Shown here in pieces: positions 9,151 to 19,375 of a stretch of DNA of 64,000 nt. The translations under genes and the position numbers were made by a program. Position 1 is the stretch's first letter. Every line of letters starts with the position of its first letter. The stretch is taken from contig CAZTCF010000002.1 of assembly GCA_964612685.1 (NCBI GenBank), positions 212 through 64,211 of the forward strand. Reading direction: 5' to 3'. Source of the DNA: Candidatus Woesearchaeota archaeon. Lineage in GTDB: Archaea; Nanobdellota; Nanobdellia; Pacearchaeales; GW2011-AR1. A model generated the notes under the pieces. The model ran no database searches, had not been told where the DNA came from, and saw only the letters and a list, made by a program, of their open reading frames with translations.

Positions 9151-10872
9151 ATGGCTTATATTGTTAAGCAAAAAATAAATGGAAAGGATTATTTTTATCT
9201 AAGAAAAAGTGTCAGAAGCGGAAATAAAGTAACGAGCAAACACGTTGCATATTTAGGGACAAACAGAGAAGAGGCTGAGAAAAAATATGCAGAAATGATT
9301 AAAAACATTGATTTGAATAAAAAAGAAATTAAAATGGAAAATGAAGAAAAAAACTCAGAAGAAATTGTTGAAGAAAGAGAAGTAAAACCAGAAGAAAAAT
9401 TAAATGAAATAAATTCAATTGCAAGCAAAAGAGGAATCTTTTTTCAAACAGCAAATATTTATGGAGGAAAAGCGGGATTTTTCACTTATGGGCATCTTGG
9501 AAAAATTTTAAAAATGAATTGGGAGAATCTTTGGAGAAAAAATATCTTGGCACTAAACGATAATTTTTATGAAATACAAGGAAATAATATTCTTCCAGAG
9601 CCAGTATTTAAGGCATCTGGACATATAGAAAACTTTAATGATCCAATGACTGAATGTAAAAAATGCCATTTTAGATTCAGAGCAGATACTTTCTTAGAAG
9701 ATAATGGAGTTGAAAATGCAGGATCTATTTCAATCGAGAAAATGAATGAGAAAATGGATGAATTAAAGCTTAAATGCCCAAAATGCGGTGGAGAATTAAT
9801 TCCAATAAAACAGTTTAACATGATGTTTCCGGTAAATATAGGATTCAATGAAGAAAAAGCATATCTTAGCCCAGAAACTGCACAGGCAGCTTATCTTGCA
9901 TTTAAAGAAGAATTCCAGGCAACAAGGAATAAACTTCCTCTGGGGTTAGCAATTATAGATAAAGCATACAGAAATGAAATATCCCCAAGACAAATGTTCT
10001 TCAGATTAAGAGAATTCTCACAAGCAGAATTACAAATATTCTTTGATCCAGATAAAATAAATGAACATGAACAATGGGAAGAAGTTAAAAAGGGTAAATT
10101 AAGAATTAAATTTGCAGATAAAGAATCTGTTGAGGAAGTTGAATGTGAAGAATTAAACAAAAAATTTGAGATTCCTAAATTCTATTTATTCCACGCTTTA
10201 AAAGTCCAAAATTTTTATTTGAAAATTCTTAAGATTCCTAAAGAAAAATTCAGGTTAAGAGAATTAAACAAAGAAGAAAGAGCATTTTATAATAAGTTAC
10301 ATTTTGATGTAGAAGTTCTTTTAGACACTCTGGGAGGATTTAAAGAAGTTGGAGGAATACACTATAGAACAGATCATGATTTACTAGGACATAGCAAGAT
10401 TTCTGGAAAAGATTTAACTGTTTCCTACGAAGATAAAAAGATTCTTCCACATATTTTAGAATTAAGTTTTGGTGTGGATAGAAATGTCTGGACTTTACTT
10501 GATATTTTCTATTCTTTAGGAAAAGAGGGAAGCATGTTTAAATTTCCTCCAAGAATCTCTCCAGTAAAAGCAGCGGTCTTTCCCTTAGTTAAAAGAGAGG
10601 ACTTTGAAAAGATTGCAGATGAAATTGTAAAAGATTTAAGAGAAGAATTTAATATTGCATATGATAAATCTGGAAGCATTGGTAGAAGGTATGCTAGAAA
10701 TGATGAGATAGGAACCCCTTTTTGTATAACAATAGACGATGATTCTTTGAAAAACAAAGATATAACAATTCGAGATAGAAATTCAAGAGTTCAAAAAAGA
10801 GTTAAAATTGAAAAACTAAGAGAGATTTTAAGAAATTTGGTAAACGAAAAGATTTCTTTTAAAGAAATATAA
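9151..10872 (+). CDS. glyS: Glycyl-tRNA synthetase, archaeal/eukaryotic alpha2 type (class II)
   Basis: 573 aa. Class II motif 2-like FRLREFSQAELQIFF, motif 3-like GRRYARNDEIGTPFCITID, and an anticodon-binding C-terminal region. The antisense ORFs 9195-10757 are spurious. Confidence 0.85.
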   Translation: MAYIVKQKINGKDYFYLRKSVRSGNKVTSKHVAYLGTNREEAEKKYAEMIKNIDLNKKEIKMENEEKNSEEIVEEREVKPEEKLNEINSIASKRGIFFQTANIYGGKAGFFTYGHLGKILKMNWENLWRKNILALNDNFYEIQGNNILPEPVFKASGHIENFNDPMTECKKCHFRFRADTFLEDNGVENAGSISIEKMNEKMDELKLKCPKCGGELIPIKQFNMMFPVNIGFNEEKAYLSPETAQAAYLAFKEEFQATRNKLPLGLAIIDKAYRNEISPRQMFFRLREFSQAELQIFFDPDKINEHEQWEEVKKGKLRIKFADKESVEEVECEELNKKFEIPKFYLFHALKVQNFYLKILKIPKEKFRLRELNKEERAFYNKLHFDVEVLLDTLGGFKEVGGIHYRTDHDLLGHSKISGKDLTVSYEDKKILPHILELSFGVDRNVWTLLDIFYSLGKEGSMFKFPPRISPVKAAVFPLVKREDFEKIADEIVKDLREEFNIAYDKSGSIGRRYARNDEIGTPFCITIDDDSLKNKDITIRDRNSRVQKRVKIEKLREILRNLVNEKISFKEI

Positions 10873-10971
10873 TTAATTTTATCGAGGATAAATATTAATA
10901 TTTAATTAATTTGCAAAACACTTATAAAGTTTTAAGGATTTACAATACCAATTAAACATGAGGTGATAAGA

Positions 10972-11049
10972 ATGGCTAAGAAAAAAGCTGCAAAAAAAGT
11001 AGCTAAAAAACCAGCTAAGAAAAAAGCTGCGAAGAAAAAGAGAAAGTAA
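10972..11049 (+). CDS. Unlisted 25-aa lysine/alanine-rich basic peptide (MAKKKAAKKVAKKPAKKKAAKKKRK), possibly a nucleic-acid-binding small protein
   Basis: Strong SD GAGGTGA sits 8 nt upstream of ATG 10972. The TAA stop at 11047 is followed directly by an oligo-T run (tctcttttttttctatttctttattttttaattttt), a typical archaeal terminator. It is shorter than the ORF-track cutoff. Confidence 0.45.
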   Translation: MAKKKAAKKVAKKPAKKKAAKKKRK

Positions 11050-11121
11050 ATCTCTTTTTTTCTATTTCTTTATTTTTTAATTTTTGATTAGTAAGATTTA
11101 TTAAATCAATTCTTCTTTTCA

Positions 11122-12117
11122 TTGTATAAAAAGATGGTAAAAATAGCAATTAATGGTTTAGGAAGAATTGGTAGAGCTGTTTTGAAAATAGCAATTGAAA
11201 AGGGAATAAATGTTGTAGCAATAAATGATTTAGCTAGCATTGAATCAATTGTATACTTGATGAAACACGATTCTGTATATGGGAACTATGAAGGAAAAAT
11301 AGAATTTGGTGAGAATTTCATAAAAATAAACAGGAAAAAGATACTTGTCTTCTCAGAAAAAGAACCTGAAAATTTACCCTGGGGAGAATTGGGAGTAGAT
11401 GTGGTTGTTGAATCAACAGGAAAATTTACAGATAGAGAGGGGGCAAACAAGCACCTTTGGGGAGGAGCAAAGAAAGTTTTAATTTCTGCTCCAGGAAAAA
11501 ATCCGGATATCACAGTGGTTTTAGGGGTTAATGAAAACCAACTAAAAAAAGAACACAAAATAATCTCTATGGCATCCTGTACAACTAATTGCCTAGCCCC
11601 AATTGTTAAGGTTCTTAATGATAATTTCAAAATTGAAAGAGGATATATGACGACAGTACATGCATATACCAATGACCAGGTTATTTTAGATGTTCCCCAT
11701 AAAAAATTAAGAAGGGGGAGAGCAGGAGCAGTAAACCTTATACCTACAACTTCTGGAGCAGCAACTTCTGTTGTTGAAGTAATTCCAGAACTAAAAGGAA
11801 AACTAGATGGATTAGCAATAAGAGCTCCAGTTCCTTGCGGGAGTATAACCGACTTTGTAGCGGTATTAAATGCTCAAGTTACAAAAGAGCAAGTTAATAC
11901 AGCCTTAAAGAATGCTTCAGAAAAAGAATTAAAAGGAATATTAGAATACTCTGAAGAAGAACTAGTCTCATCAGACATAATAAAAAATCCAAGTTCTTCA
12001 ATTGTTGATTCTATCCTAACCCAAGCCAATGGAAACCTGGTTAAAGTTCTCTCTTGGTATGATAATGAGTACGGGTATTCAAATAGAATAGTTGAACTCA
12101 TCAAACGTTTAAGATAA
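11122..12117 (+). CDS. gap: Glyceraldehyde-3-phosphate dehydrogenase, type I (bacterial/eukaryotic GapA-like)
   Basis: N-terminal Rossmann motif VKIAINGLGRIGR and the catalytic ASCTTNCLAP (Cys active site), in a 331-aa protein. The true start is probably MVKIAING at 11134. Confidence 0.9.
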   Translation: MYKKMVKIAINGLGRIGRAVLKIAIEKGINVVAINDLASIESIVYLMKHDSVYGNYEGKIEFGENFIKINRKKILVFSEKEPENLPWGELGVDVVVESTGKFTDREGANKHLWGGAKKVLISAPGKNPDITVVLGVNENQLKKEHKIISMASCTTNCLAPIVKVLNDNFKIERGYMTTVHAYTNDQVILDVPHKKLRRGRAGAVNLIPTTSGAATSVVEVIPELKGKLDGLAIRAPVPCGSITDFVAVLNAQVTKEQVNTALKNASEKELKGILEYSEEELVSSDIIKNPSSSIVDSILTQANGNLVKVLSWYDNEYGYSNRIVELIKRLR

Positions 12118-12150
12118 GACTTAATTAAAGTCCCTAAGCATAAAACAAAA

Positions 12151-13269
12151 ATGAAAACTCTAAATGATTTTGATTTCAAAGGAAAAACGGTCTTGCTTAG
12201 ATCTGATTTAAATTCTGATGTTCAGAATAAAAAACTTCTAAAATCAGAAAGAATAAAAGAAGCCTCAATAACAATAAATGAATTAAAGAAAAAGAAAGCA
12301 AAATTAGTAATTCTTGCACACCAAGGAAGACCGGGGGATGAGGATTTTATCTCATTAAAGCAACACTGCAAACAATTAAACAAATATTCTAAAGTTACGT
12401 TTGTTGAAGACATTATTGGAGAAAAAGCAGAAAAGAAAATAAAAGAATTGAAGGAAGGGGAAGCAATACTCCTAGAAAACGTTAGAAATCTTAAAGAAGA
12501 ATTTGATACAAAACCAAACGCACTTACAAATTTCTTTTCTAAAAACTTTGAAATTTATGTTAATGATGCCTTCTCTGTATGCCATAGACCTCAAGCTTCT
12601 ATACTCCTACCAAAATACATTAAAAAAAGTTGTGCTGGAAGAATATTAGAAAGAGAAGTTAATGCTTTAAAAAAATTAAAATTAAACGGAACCCTTTATA
12701 TCTTAGGGGGAGCAAAGCCGGAAGATAACGTTAAACTTCTTGGAAAAAATAAAGTTTTAAGTTGTGGGCTGTTTGGACAAGTATGTTTAATGAATAAAGG
12801 TAAAAAATTAGGAGAACAAGAGAACTATCTTAGAAGCAGAAAAATATTCATAGATATCCCAAAAGAAAAATTAACCCAAGTTGAAACCCCCTCGGACTTT
12901 GCAGTTAATATAAAAGGTAAGAGAAAAGAAATTCCTGTTGAAAACTTCCCAAATGAAAATGAAATATTTGACATAGGAGAAATAACTCAAAAGAAGTATG
13001 TTCAAGAAATAAAAAATGCAGGTGCAATATACATGAAGGGACCTGCTGGAGATTGCAGTAAAAAACAATTTACAAAAGGAACATTTACAATTCTAAATGC
13101 AGTTGCAAATAGCAAGGCATTTTCGGTTATCGGGGGAGGACATTTAAGCGATGCAATTAAAGCCTCTAAAGTAGATGTAAAAAAATTTGGACATATAAGT
13201 TTAAGCGGGGGAGCTTTATTGAATTACATTGCAGGTGAAAAACTCCCAGGACTTGAAGTTTTAAAATAA
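12151..13269 (+). CDS. pgk: Phosphoglycerate kinase
   Basis: 372 aa. Signature region LLENVRNLKEE and GGGHLSDAIKASK (hinge/ATP region). Adjacent to gap. Confidence 0.8.
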   Translation: MKTLNDFDFKGKTVLLRSDLNSDVQNKKLLKSERIKEASITINELKKKKAKLVILAHQGRPGDEDFISLKQHCKQLNKYSKVTFVEDIIGEKAEKKIKELKEGEAILLENVRNLKEEFDTKPNALTNFFSKNFEIYVNDAFSVCHRPQASILLPKYIKKSCAGRILEREVNALKKLKLNGTLYILGGAKPEDNVKLLGKNKVLSCGLFGQVCLMNKGKKLGEQENYLRSRKIFIDIPKEKLTQVETPSDFAVNIKGKRKEIPVENFPNENEIFDIGEITQKKYVQEIKNAGAIYMKGPAGDCSKKQFTKGTFTILNAVANSKAFSVIGGGHLSDAIKASKVDVKKFGHISLSGGALLNYIAGEKLPGLEVLK

Positions 13270-13291
13270 AAAAGATGATAAAAAAACAAAT

Positions 13292-13969
13292 ATGAAAATA
13301 ATCCAAGCTAGAAATTATAAAGAGCTCTCAAAAATATCTTCAGAGATTATTCTTGAAGAGATAAAAAACAAACCTAATCTAACTCTTGGATTTGCAACTG
13401 GAAAAACCCCCTTACAAACCTACAAAAATCTGGTAAACGCTTACAAAAACAAAAAAGTGGATTTTTCTAAGATAAATACATTCAATTTAGATGAGTTTTA
13501 TCCAATAAAAAGCACAAATAAAAAAAGTTATTCATATTATATGTTCAACAACCTTTTCAACAAAACTAATTTCCAAAGAAAGAACATCAATCTATTAAAC
13601 GGAGAAACAAAATACCCCGAAAAAGAATCTAAGGATTATGAAGCTAAAATAAAAAAACACCCAATAGATTTACAGATTTTAGGAATAGGTTTAAACGGAC
13701 ATATTGGGTTCAATGAACCAAACACTCCTCCAAACTCAAAAACCCATTTAACAGAATTAACCCATATCAAAGGAAAAGCCCTAACGATGGGAATTTCTAC
13801 AATCCTTAAATCAAAAAAACTCCTTTTACTAGCTTCTGGTAAAAAGAAGGCAAAAATAATAAAAGATTTAATGAATTCCAAACCAAACAAAAAACTCCCA
13901 GCAAGCTTCCTTAAAAACCACAAAGATTTAACAATAATTATTGATAATGATGCAGGTTCATTATTATAA
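13292..13969 (+). CDS. nagB: Glucosamine-6-phosphate deaminase / 6-phosphogluconolactonase family protein (NagB-like)
   Basis: 225 aa. LGFATGKTP near the N-terminus and the LGIGLNGHIGFNEP motif typical of NagB/Pgl-fold isomerases. Confidence 0.65.
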   Translation: MKIIQARNYKELSKISSEIILEEIKNKPNLTLGFATGKTPLQTYKNLVNAYKNKKVDFSKINTFNLDEFYPIKSTNKKSYSYYMFNNLFNKTNFQRKNINLLNGETKYPEKESKDYEAKIKKHPIDLQILGIGLNGHIGFNEPNTPPNSKTHLTELTHIKGKALTMGISTILKSKKLLLLASGKKKAKIIKDLMNSKPNKKLPASFLKNHKDLTIIIDNDAGSLL

Positions 13970-14139
13970 AGAGATTAACTCTTAAATTTTTAGTATTTAT
14001 CCAAAAAAATAACTTTACTCCTAATTATTAAGTACTCATATTTACAATCCTGTTACAGATAACTTAATTTAATAAGAGATTATTCATAACTTAATATTTA
14101 AAAACTATCGAGGATATATTATTTTAGAGGTAGTAAAAT

Positions 14140-15285
14140 ATGAAAAAAGGGGCAAAATTACTAATAACACCAGAAATGATTAAACCTTCTTCAAAGGAAT
14201 TAGAGGTAATTGGAACAATCAACCCTGCAGCTGCAAGGGGGAGAGATGGAAAAGTAATTCTGTACGTGAGAGTTATAGAAAGGCTAAAGGTGTTAGAAGA
14301 TAAAAAATACTTTTATTCTCCAAGGATGGTGGGAGAAAAAGATTATGAAATTAAAATAGATAAATTTCCAAGGGAAGAAGTTGCAACAAATTCCGAGTTC
14401 GATATAATATTTCATGATTCAACAAAAAGACTCACATTTATCTCCCATTTAAGAAGAGTAGTTATGGATGAATCAGGATTAAATATACTCTCAATAGACA
14501 AAAAACCTACTTTCTATGGTATATCTAGTGATTCAGAATTGGGAGTAGAAGATCCAAGAATAGTTGAGATAGAAGGAAAATATGTTATGACTTATGTAAG
14601 CCTATCAAGAAAAGAAAACATCTCAACCTCTATTGCATTCTCAGACGATTTAATTAACTGGGAGAGAAAAGGAATAATCTTTGGGGAGCAAGATAAAGAT
14701 GTAGTTTTATTCCCTGAGAAAATAAAGGGATGGTATATTGCTTTTGATAGACCAGAGGGAAATTTTCAATTTACCCCTCCGCATATATGGATAGCACAAT
14801 CTGATGATTTGCTCTGCTGGGGAAAGTTAAAATCTATAAGCATATCTAAAAAAGAAGATAAAGATTATGGAAGAATAGGCCCAGGATGCCCTCCTGTAAA
14901 AACAAATAAAGGATGGTTATTAATCTACCACTCGGTAAGAAGTGAAGATAACACTCAAAAAGAAGAAGATAAACTCTATATTTATTCTGGCTCCGCTGCA
15001 TTATTTGATTTAAAAAATCCAATAAAATTATTAGCAAAATCAGAACCCATTATATTACCCGACCAAGAATATGAACTTGAATTATACCAAAAGAAGAGAG
15101 TAGTTTTTCCCACAGGAATTGTTGTAGATAAAAATGGAAAAGATTTGTTAATTTATTCTGGAGGAAGAGATGTTGTAACAAGTGTAAGAAAGATTTCAAT
15201 GGAAAAGATAATGGATGCCTTAAAAGAAGTGAATAAAAACAACAAGAAAGAAAAATCCAAAAGTAAACCAAAAAAGAAAAAATGA
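14140..15285 (+). CDS. GH130-family glycoside phosphorylase/hydrolase (beta-mannoside phosphorylase-like, 5-bladed beta-propeller)
   Basis: 381 aa. GVEDPRIVEIEGKYVMTYV and later DRPEG / GPGCPP segments are typical of GH130/GH43-like propellers. C-terminal Lys-rich tail. Confidence 0.5.
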   Translation: MKKGAKLLITPEMIKPSSKELEVIGTINPAAARGRDGKVILYVRVIERLKVLEDKKYFYSPRMVGEKDYEIKIDKFPREEVATNSEFDIIFHDSTKRLTFISHLRRVVMDESGLNILSIDKKPTFYGISSDSELGVEDPRIVEIEGKYVMTYVSLSRKENISTSIAFSDDLINWERKGIIFGEQDKDVVLFPEKIKGWYIAFDRPEGNFQFTPPHIWIAQSDDLLCWGKLKSISISKKEDKDYGRIGPGCPPVKTNKGWLLIYHSVRSEDNTQKEEDKLYIYSGSAALFDLKNPIKLLAKSEPIILPDQEYELELYQKKRVVFPTGIVVDKNGKDLLIYSGGRDVVTSVRKISMEKIMDALKEVNKNNKKEKSKSKPKKKK

Positions 15286-16400
15286 AAGACAATACCAAAC
15301 TAGCCTATCAAAAAGCAGTATCCTGCTTAAAAGCATGCTCAACCCCAAATGGAATGTTTGCATCCGGAGCTAAAGATGGATATGATGCAATCTGGTCAAG
15401 AGATTCCATGATAAGTTCTTTAGGAGCAAGTCTGATAAAAACAAAAAAAGAAAAACAAACATTAAAGAATACTTTCAAGGAAAGCATAAAAACCTTAAAA
15501 TACGGACAAAGTAAAAATGGACAGATACCAAATTGTGTTGATAAATTTTCAAAAAGAGACCCACATGTAGATTTCAAGACAATAGATTCTTCTTTATGGT
15601 ATATAATCGGAAATTACATTTACAAAGAAAGATATAATGCTAATTTATTCTTCCTATCAAAAAAGTGTTCAATAAAAAAGACCCTGAAATGGTTAAGATG
15701 CCAAGATACTGGAGAAAATGGACTTCCCACACAACTTCCAACCTCAGACTGGCAGGATGCTTTCCCCCATAGATATGGATATACAATAAACACTCAAGCA
15801 CTTTATTACAAAGTATTGAACCTTCTTGGAAAAACAAAAGAAGCAGAAAAACTAAAAAAGATAATCAATGAAGATAAAGAAGATGGATTATGGGAAGGGG
15901 ATTTTTATCTTCCCTACAGATGGAAGAACCATGGAGTTTATAGAGAAGTAGGAGATTGGTTTGATTCTCTTGGAAATCTTCTAGCAATAATATTTGATTT
16001 AGCTGACAAAAAAAGAGCTGAAAAAATACTAAGCTATATTGAAAAAAATAAAATAAATCAACCTTATCCTGTGAGAGTTATTTACCCTCCTATAACTGAA
16101 GATAGTCCACACTGGCAAAGTTATTTTTTAGATTGTGATGCAGGTACTCCCCATCATTATAGCAATGGAGGAATCTGGGGATATGTTGGAGGATTCTATA
16201 TTCTTGCATTAATCAAAATGAATAAAATGAAAAGAGCAGAAGAAGAATTGAAAAAGTTAGCTGAAAGAAACTTAAATGGAGATTTTCCTGAATGGACAAA
16301 CCCCTTAACTAAAGAACACCATGGAAATGTTCAAGCTTGGGAAGCAGGAATGTATATTCTTGCATACGAATCACTTAAAGCGAAAAAGGTTTTGATTTAG
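15282..16400 (+). CDS. Six-hairpin (alpha/alpha)6 glycoside hydrolase-like protein (glycogen-debranching GDE_C / GH63-like)
   Basis: 372 aa. GAKDGYDAIWSRDS near the N-terminus, with Trp/Tyr-rich helical repeats. Start overlaps the upstream stop (ATGA coupling). Confidence 0.4.
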   Translation: MKDNTKLAYQKAVSCLKACSTPNGMFASGAKDGYDAIWSRDSMISSLGASLIKTKKEKQTLKNTFKESIKTLKYGQSKNGQIPNCVDKFSKRDPHVDFKTIDSSLWYIIGNYIYKERYNANLFFLSKKCSIKKTLKWLRCQDTGENGLPTQLPTSDWQDAFPHRYGYTINTQALYYKVLNLLGKTKEAEKLKKIINEDKEDGLWEGDFYLPYRWKNHGVYREVGDWFDSLGNLLAIIFDLADKKRAEKILSYIEKNKINQPYPVRVIYPPITEDSPHWQSYFLDCDAGTPHHYSNGGIWGYVGGFYILALIKMNKMKRAEEELKKLAERNLNGDFPEWTNPLTKEHHGNVQAWEAGMYILAYESLKAKKVLI

Positions 16401-17428
16401 AATTCTTTTGGAAGTAGTTTTTTCAATTCATTTGTATTAATTTTATATGCTCTTATAAAAGAATCGTTAACATGTGCATACAATATCCCTTCATCTTTTC
16501 CACTTCTTAAAAAATCTGAACTAAATGTAATTGTTCTTGCATCGGGATCCTCAAATAAACATTCGGGTGCAATCCAAGGAACTTTTCCAGTTTCAGGATT
16601 ATAAATTATCAATCCAGGCCTAAATTTTCCATGAACTTTTTCTCCATTAACAATCTTTTTGACTTCCCTCCCATTTATTATACCCACGACTAAATCTTTA
16701 TTTTTAAGAGAAATAAAATCCCTAGGAAAAAGAATCATTGGAGAAGTTTCCCCCTTACACCAAGAATATTTCATTTTTCTAGGATCTAAAACAATCTCCT
16801 TAAATTTCCACTCCCCTCCAAGTTCTTTTCCTTCAGCCGAAATAGTTACTGACAATTCATCATTATTAATCACAAGTTGAGCTTCACTTAAATTAATCCT
16901 ATATCCTTTTTTATTTATAGGGGAGATTGTAACTTCCTTAAATCCTCTGAATTCTCCAACAGGAGATAAAACGGGTTCCGTTGCAGTTAATTTTTCTATT
17001 GAAGCCCCTTGAGCATGTCCCAAATAAACTGCATATCCCACTTTTTCTTTGTACTTAAAAGCAATCGTAAAATAAACATGCTTAATTTTTCCCTCATTTA
17101 TTATATCGGGATCTTCTAACCCAATAAAATATTTATCCTTCCCGGATAATTTTCTTATTACCTCGTTAATTCCCTTTATCTCCAAATCCCCTCTCTTTTT
17201 CCATTTTAACCCCTCCTTGCTTTCAACAACTATTAATTTACTCTCATCAATAAATCCTGGCTTATCTGGAGTTCCCTGACTCTTAGTAATCTCCCTTGCT
17301 AAACCAAGATAAGGATTCTTTGTTTCCTTATCAATTGAAATCGCCATTACTCTCTGTTCAGCTTTAACTGTCCCAAAAACAGGTTCAGAATACATAGAAA
17401 CAGCATTATTTAATTTCACCAATTTCAT
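16397..17428 (-). CDS. GH130/DUF377-like beta-propeller glycosidase-related protein
   Basis: 343 aa. GLEDPDIINEGKIKHVYFTIAF and ILYAHVNDSF motifs resemble the GH130 family. Convergent with the six-hairpin GH. Confidence 0.4.
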   Translation of the reverse strand: MKLVKLNNAVSMYSEPVFGTVKAEQRVMAISIDKETKNPYLGLAREITKSQGTPDKPGFIDESKLIVVESKEGLKWKKRGDLEIKGINEVIRKLSGKDKYFIGLEDPDIINEGKIKHVYFTIAFKYKEKVGYAVYLGHAQGASIEKLTATEPVLSPVGEFRGFKEVTISPINKKGYRINLSEAQLVINNDELSVTISAEGKELGGEWKFKEIVLDPRKMKYSWCKGETSPMILFPRDFISLKNKDLVVGIINGREVKKIVNGEKVHGKFRPGLIIYNPETGKVPWIAPECLFEDPDARTITFSSDFLRSGKDEGILYAHVNDSFIRAYKINTNELKKLLPKEF

Positions 17429-17458
17429 TATTAATTAAATATAGAGAGTTATTTAAAA

Positions 17459-18652
17459 TTACTCTTTTAATTCTAGAACTTCTTGTTCATCAGATTCTTC
17501 TTCAGATTCTTCCTCGTTCATATCAAATTCTTCTTTTATTATATCAAGCATCCTCTTAGCTATAACATTGTAATCAAAATTAGCAACGGCATGTTCTCTT
17601 CCTGCCATTCCCATCTCTTCTCTTAAATTTTTATCCATCAATAACATTTGAGTATATTTCTTCAAATCATCCACATTAGCCCTATATCCAAATGTTTTTG
17701 GGACTGTGAATTTCATCTTGCTTTGTTCATTAAATCCCATATAAGGATAAACCCATTCCTCACTCAGCTTAACTTCCTCTGCAACTCCGGCTAAAAATCC
17801 TGTCTTCCCATGAATTATTGTCTCTGCAGGCCCTCCCACATTTATTGAAATAACCGGTTTACCACAAGCCATTGCCTCAACCTGTATCATCCCAAACCCT
17901 TCTATTCTTGAAGGAGCTGCATAAATATCACACGCGTTAAGCATATTAGCTACAAATTCTGGTGAAAAGGTATCATCTAAGAATATTATTTTTTCCCTTA
18001 TATCTAATTCTTCGGCAAGAATCTCCTCAAATTCCCTCCATTTTTCTGCACACTCACTTGGCCAGGATTTACACACATAAACCCAATCTTTGAATTCTTT
18101 GTTTATTTCAGCTAAAGCTTTCATCATCTCCTGAGCACCCTTTGAGGTAACATCTCCTCCCATAGTTAAAATCATTGTTTCATTATCCTTTACTCCTAAA
18201 AGTCTTCTTAATTTAAGATTCTCTTCAGGATTATTGTTTGGTTTGAAAAGTTTTGTATCAATACCTATATGCATTGGAATAATTTTAGATACATCCACCC
18301 CATCTCTTTCATAAATACTTCTTACCCAGGCACTTGTTGTGAACATTAATCTTAATTTTTCAAATTCTTCTCTGTAATTAGCAACCCATCCATCTGCATT
18401 AAACCAAGGAATCACAATATGTCCGTAATGTTGTGTGTCTTGAACAATTTCAGGAACATTTCCCCAGAAACCTATTCCAATAACAAAATCAGGTTTTAAG
18501 TATTTTAAATAAAATTCTTTCTGAATACTTTCTTTGTAATGACATTCAAAAACTTCTACTCCAAGATTTCTTAATCCACGAGCCAAATAATGCCCTTGAA
18601 GACTTACCCCGTCAGATTCAACAGGATAAGGATAAAGTAATAAACATCTCAT
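17459..18652 (-). CDS. GT4-family glycosyltransferase (group 1)
   Basis: 397 aa. EX7E-type motif region RIEGFGMIQVEAMACGKPVIS. Acidic C-terminal tail. Confidence 0.75.
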   Translation of the reverse strand: MRCLLLYPYPVESDGVSLQGHYLARGLRNLGVEVFECHYKESIQKEFYLKYLKPDFVIGIGFWGNVPEIVQDTQHYGHIVIPWFNADGWVANYREEFEKLRLMFTTSAWVRSIYERDGVDVSKIIPMHIGIDTKLFKPNNNPEENLKLRRLLGVKDNETMILTMGGDVTSKGAQEMMKALAEINKEFKDWVYVCKSWPSECAEKWREFEEILAEELDIREKIIFLDDTFSPEFVANMLNACDIYAAPSRIEGFGMIQVEAMACGKPVISINVGGPAETIIHGKTGFLAGVAEEVKLSEEWVYPYMGFNEQSKMKFTVPKTFGYRANVDDLKKYTQMLLMDKNLREEMGMAGREHAVANFDYNVIAKRMLDIIKEEFDMNEEESEEESDEQEVLELKE

Positions 18653-18660
18653 TTTAATTT

Positions 18661-19287
18661 TTATTTTCTCAAATCAAATGCTTCGATTTCTTTGCAAGAT
18701 TCTTCTTCAAATCCTCCCTTCTTGTATCCATAAACCTCTTCAATTATCATTTTCTTCATTTTAAGATAAGGTTTTTTTAATTTTATAAGTTTATCTGCAT
18801 TAGAGTTGTATATTGCATATCCCTGATACTTATTTTTAATTTTCTTGTAAGAGAAAAAATAAATTTCCTCTGCAAGCAATAATCCTCTACGCAACATCTC
18901 CTCTACAGCTTTGTGCACATCCAAGTGTCTTACATGTCCATATTCACCTTTTTTCCCATGTGTATAAAGAGCATCATATAACTTATTCTGGGTTACTTCT
19001 AAAATTCTTTTTATTATCTCTTCTGAAGAAACTTCTTTGTATACTCCTGATTCTTCTCCATCATCTAAATCAAAAATATATCCTTTAACCCCTAAAACCT
19101 CACAGGCTTTTTTGAATTTAGGGTATCTATCCTTATCCTCCTTTCTGCATAAAGAAATGACTGTAATATTAAATCCTCCTTTCTCCTTCATCTTCAACAA
19201 AGTTCCTCCCATCCAAATTGTCTCATCGTCTGGATGAGCAACAACAACAAGAACTTCTTTATTTTTATTCACAACACTCCTCACCAT
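18661..19287 (-). CDS. PIG-L/LmbE family N-acetylglucosaminyl deacetylase
   Basis: N-terminal VVVAHPDDETIWMGG motif (zinc-binding HPDDE). Confidence 0.75.
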   Translation of the reverse strand: MVRSVVNKNKEVLVVVAHPDDETIWMGGTLLKMKEKGGFNITVISLCRKEDKDRYPKFKKACEVLGVKGYIFDLDDGEESGVYKEVSSEEIIKRILEVTQNKLYDALYTHGKKGEYGHVRHLDVHKAVEEMLRRGLLLAEEIYFFSYKKIKNKYQGYAIYNSNADKLIKLKKPYLKMKKMIIEEVYGYKKGGFEEESCKEIEAFDLRK

Positions 19288-19375
19288 TTCTCCAACAGGA
19301 AAGTTTTTAATTAAATAAATCTTTCTACAAGGATAAAAAGAGGATGAATAAAGAGGTTATAGTTAATAATAAAAA

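Noticed and set aside
9195-10757. Four minus-strand ORFs inside glyS
   Set aside because: Antisense to a confidently identified GlyRS gene
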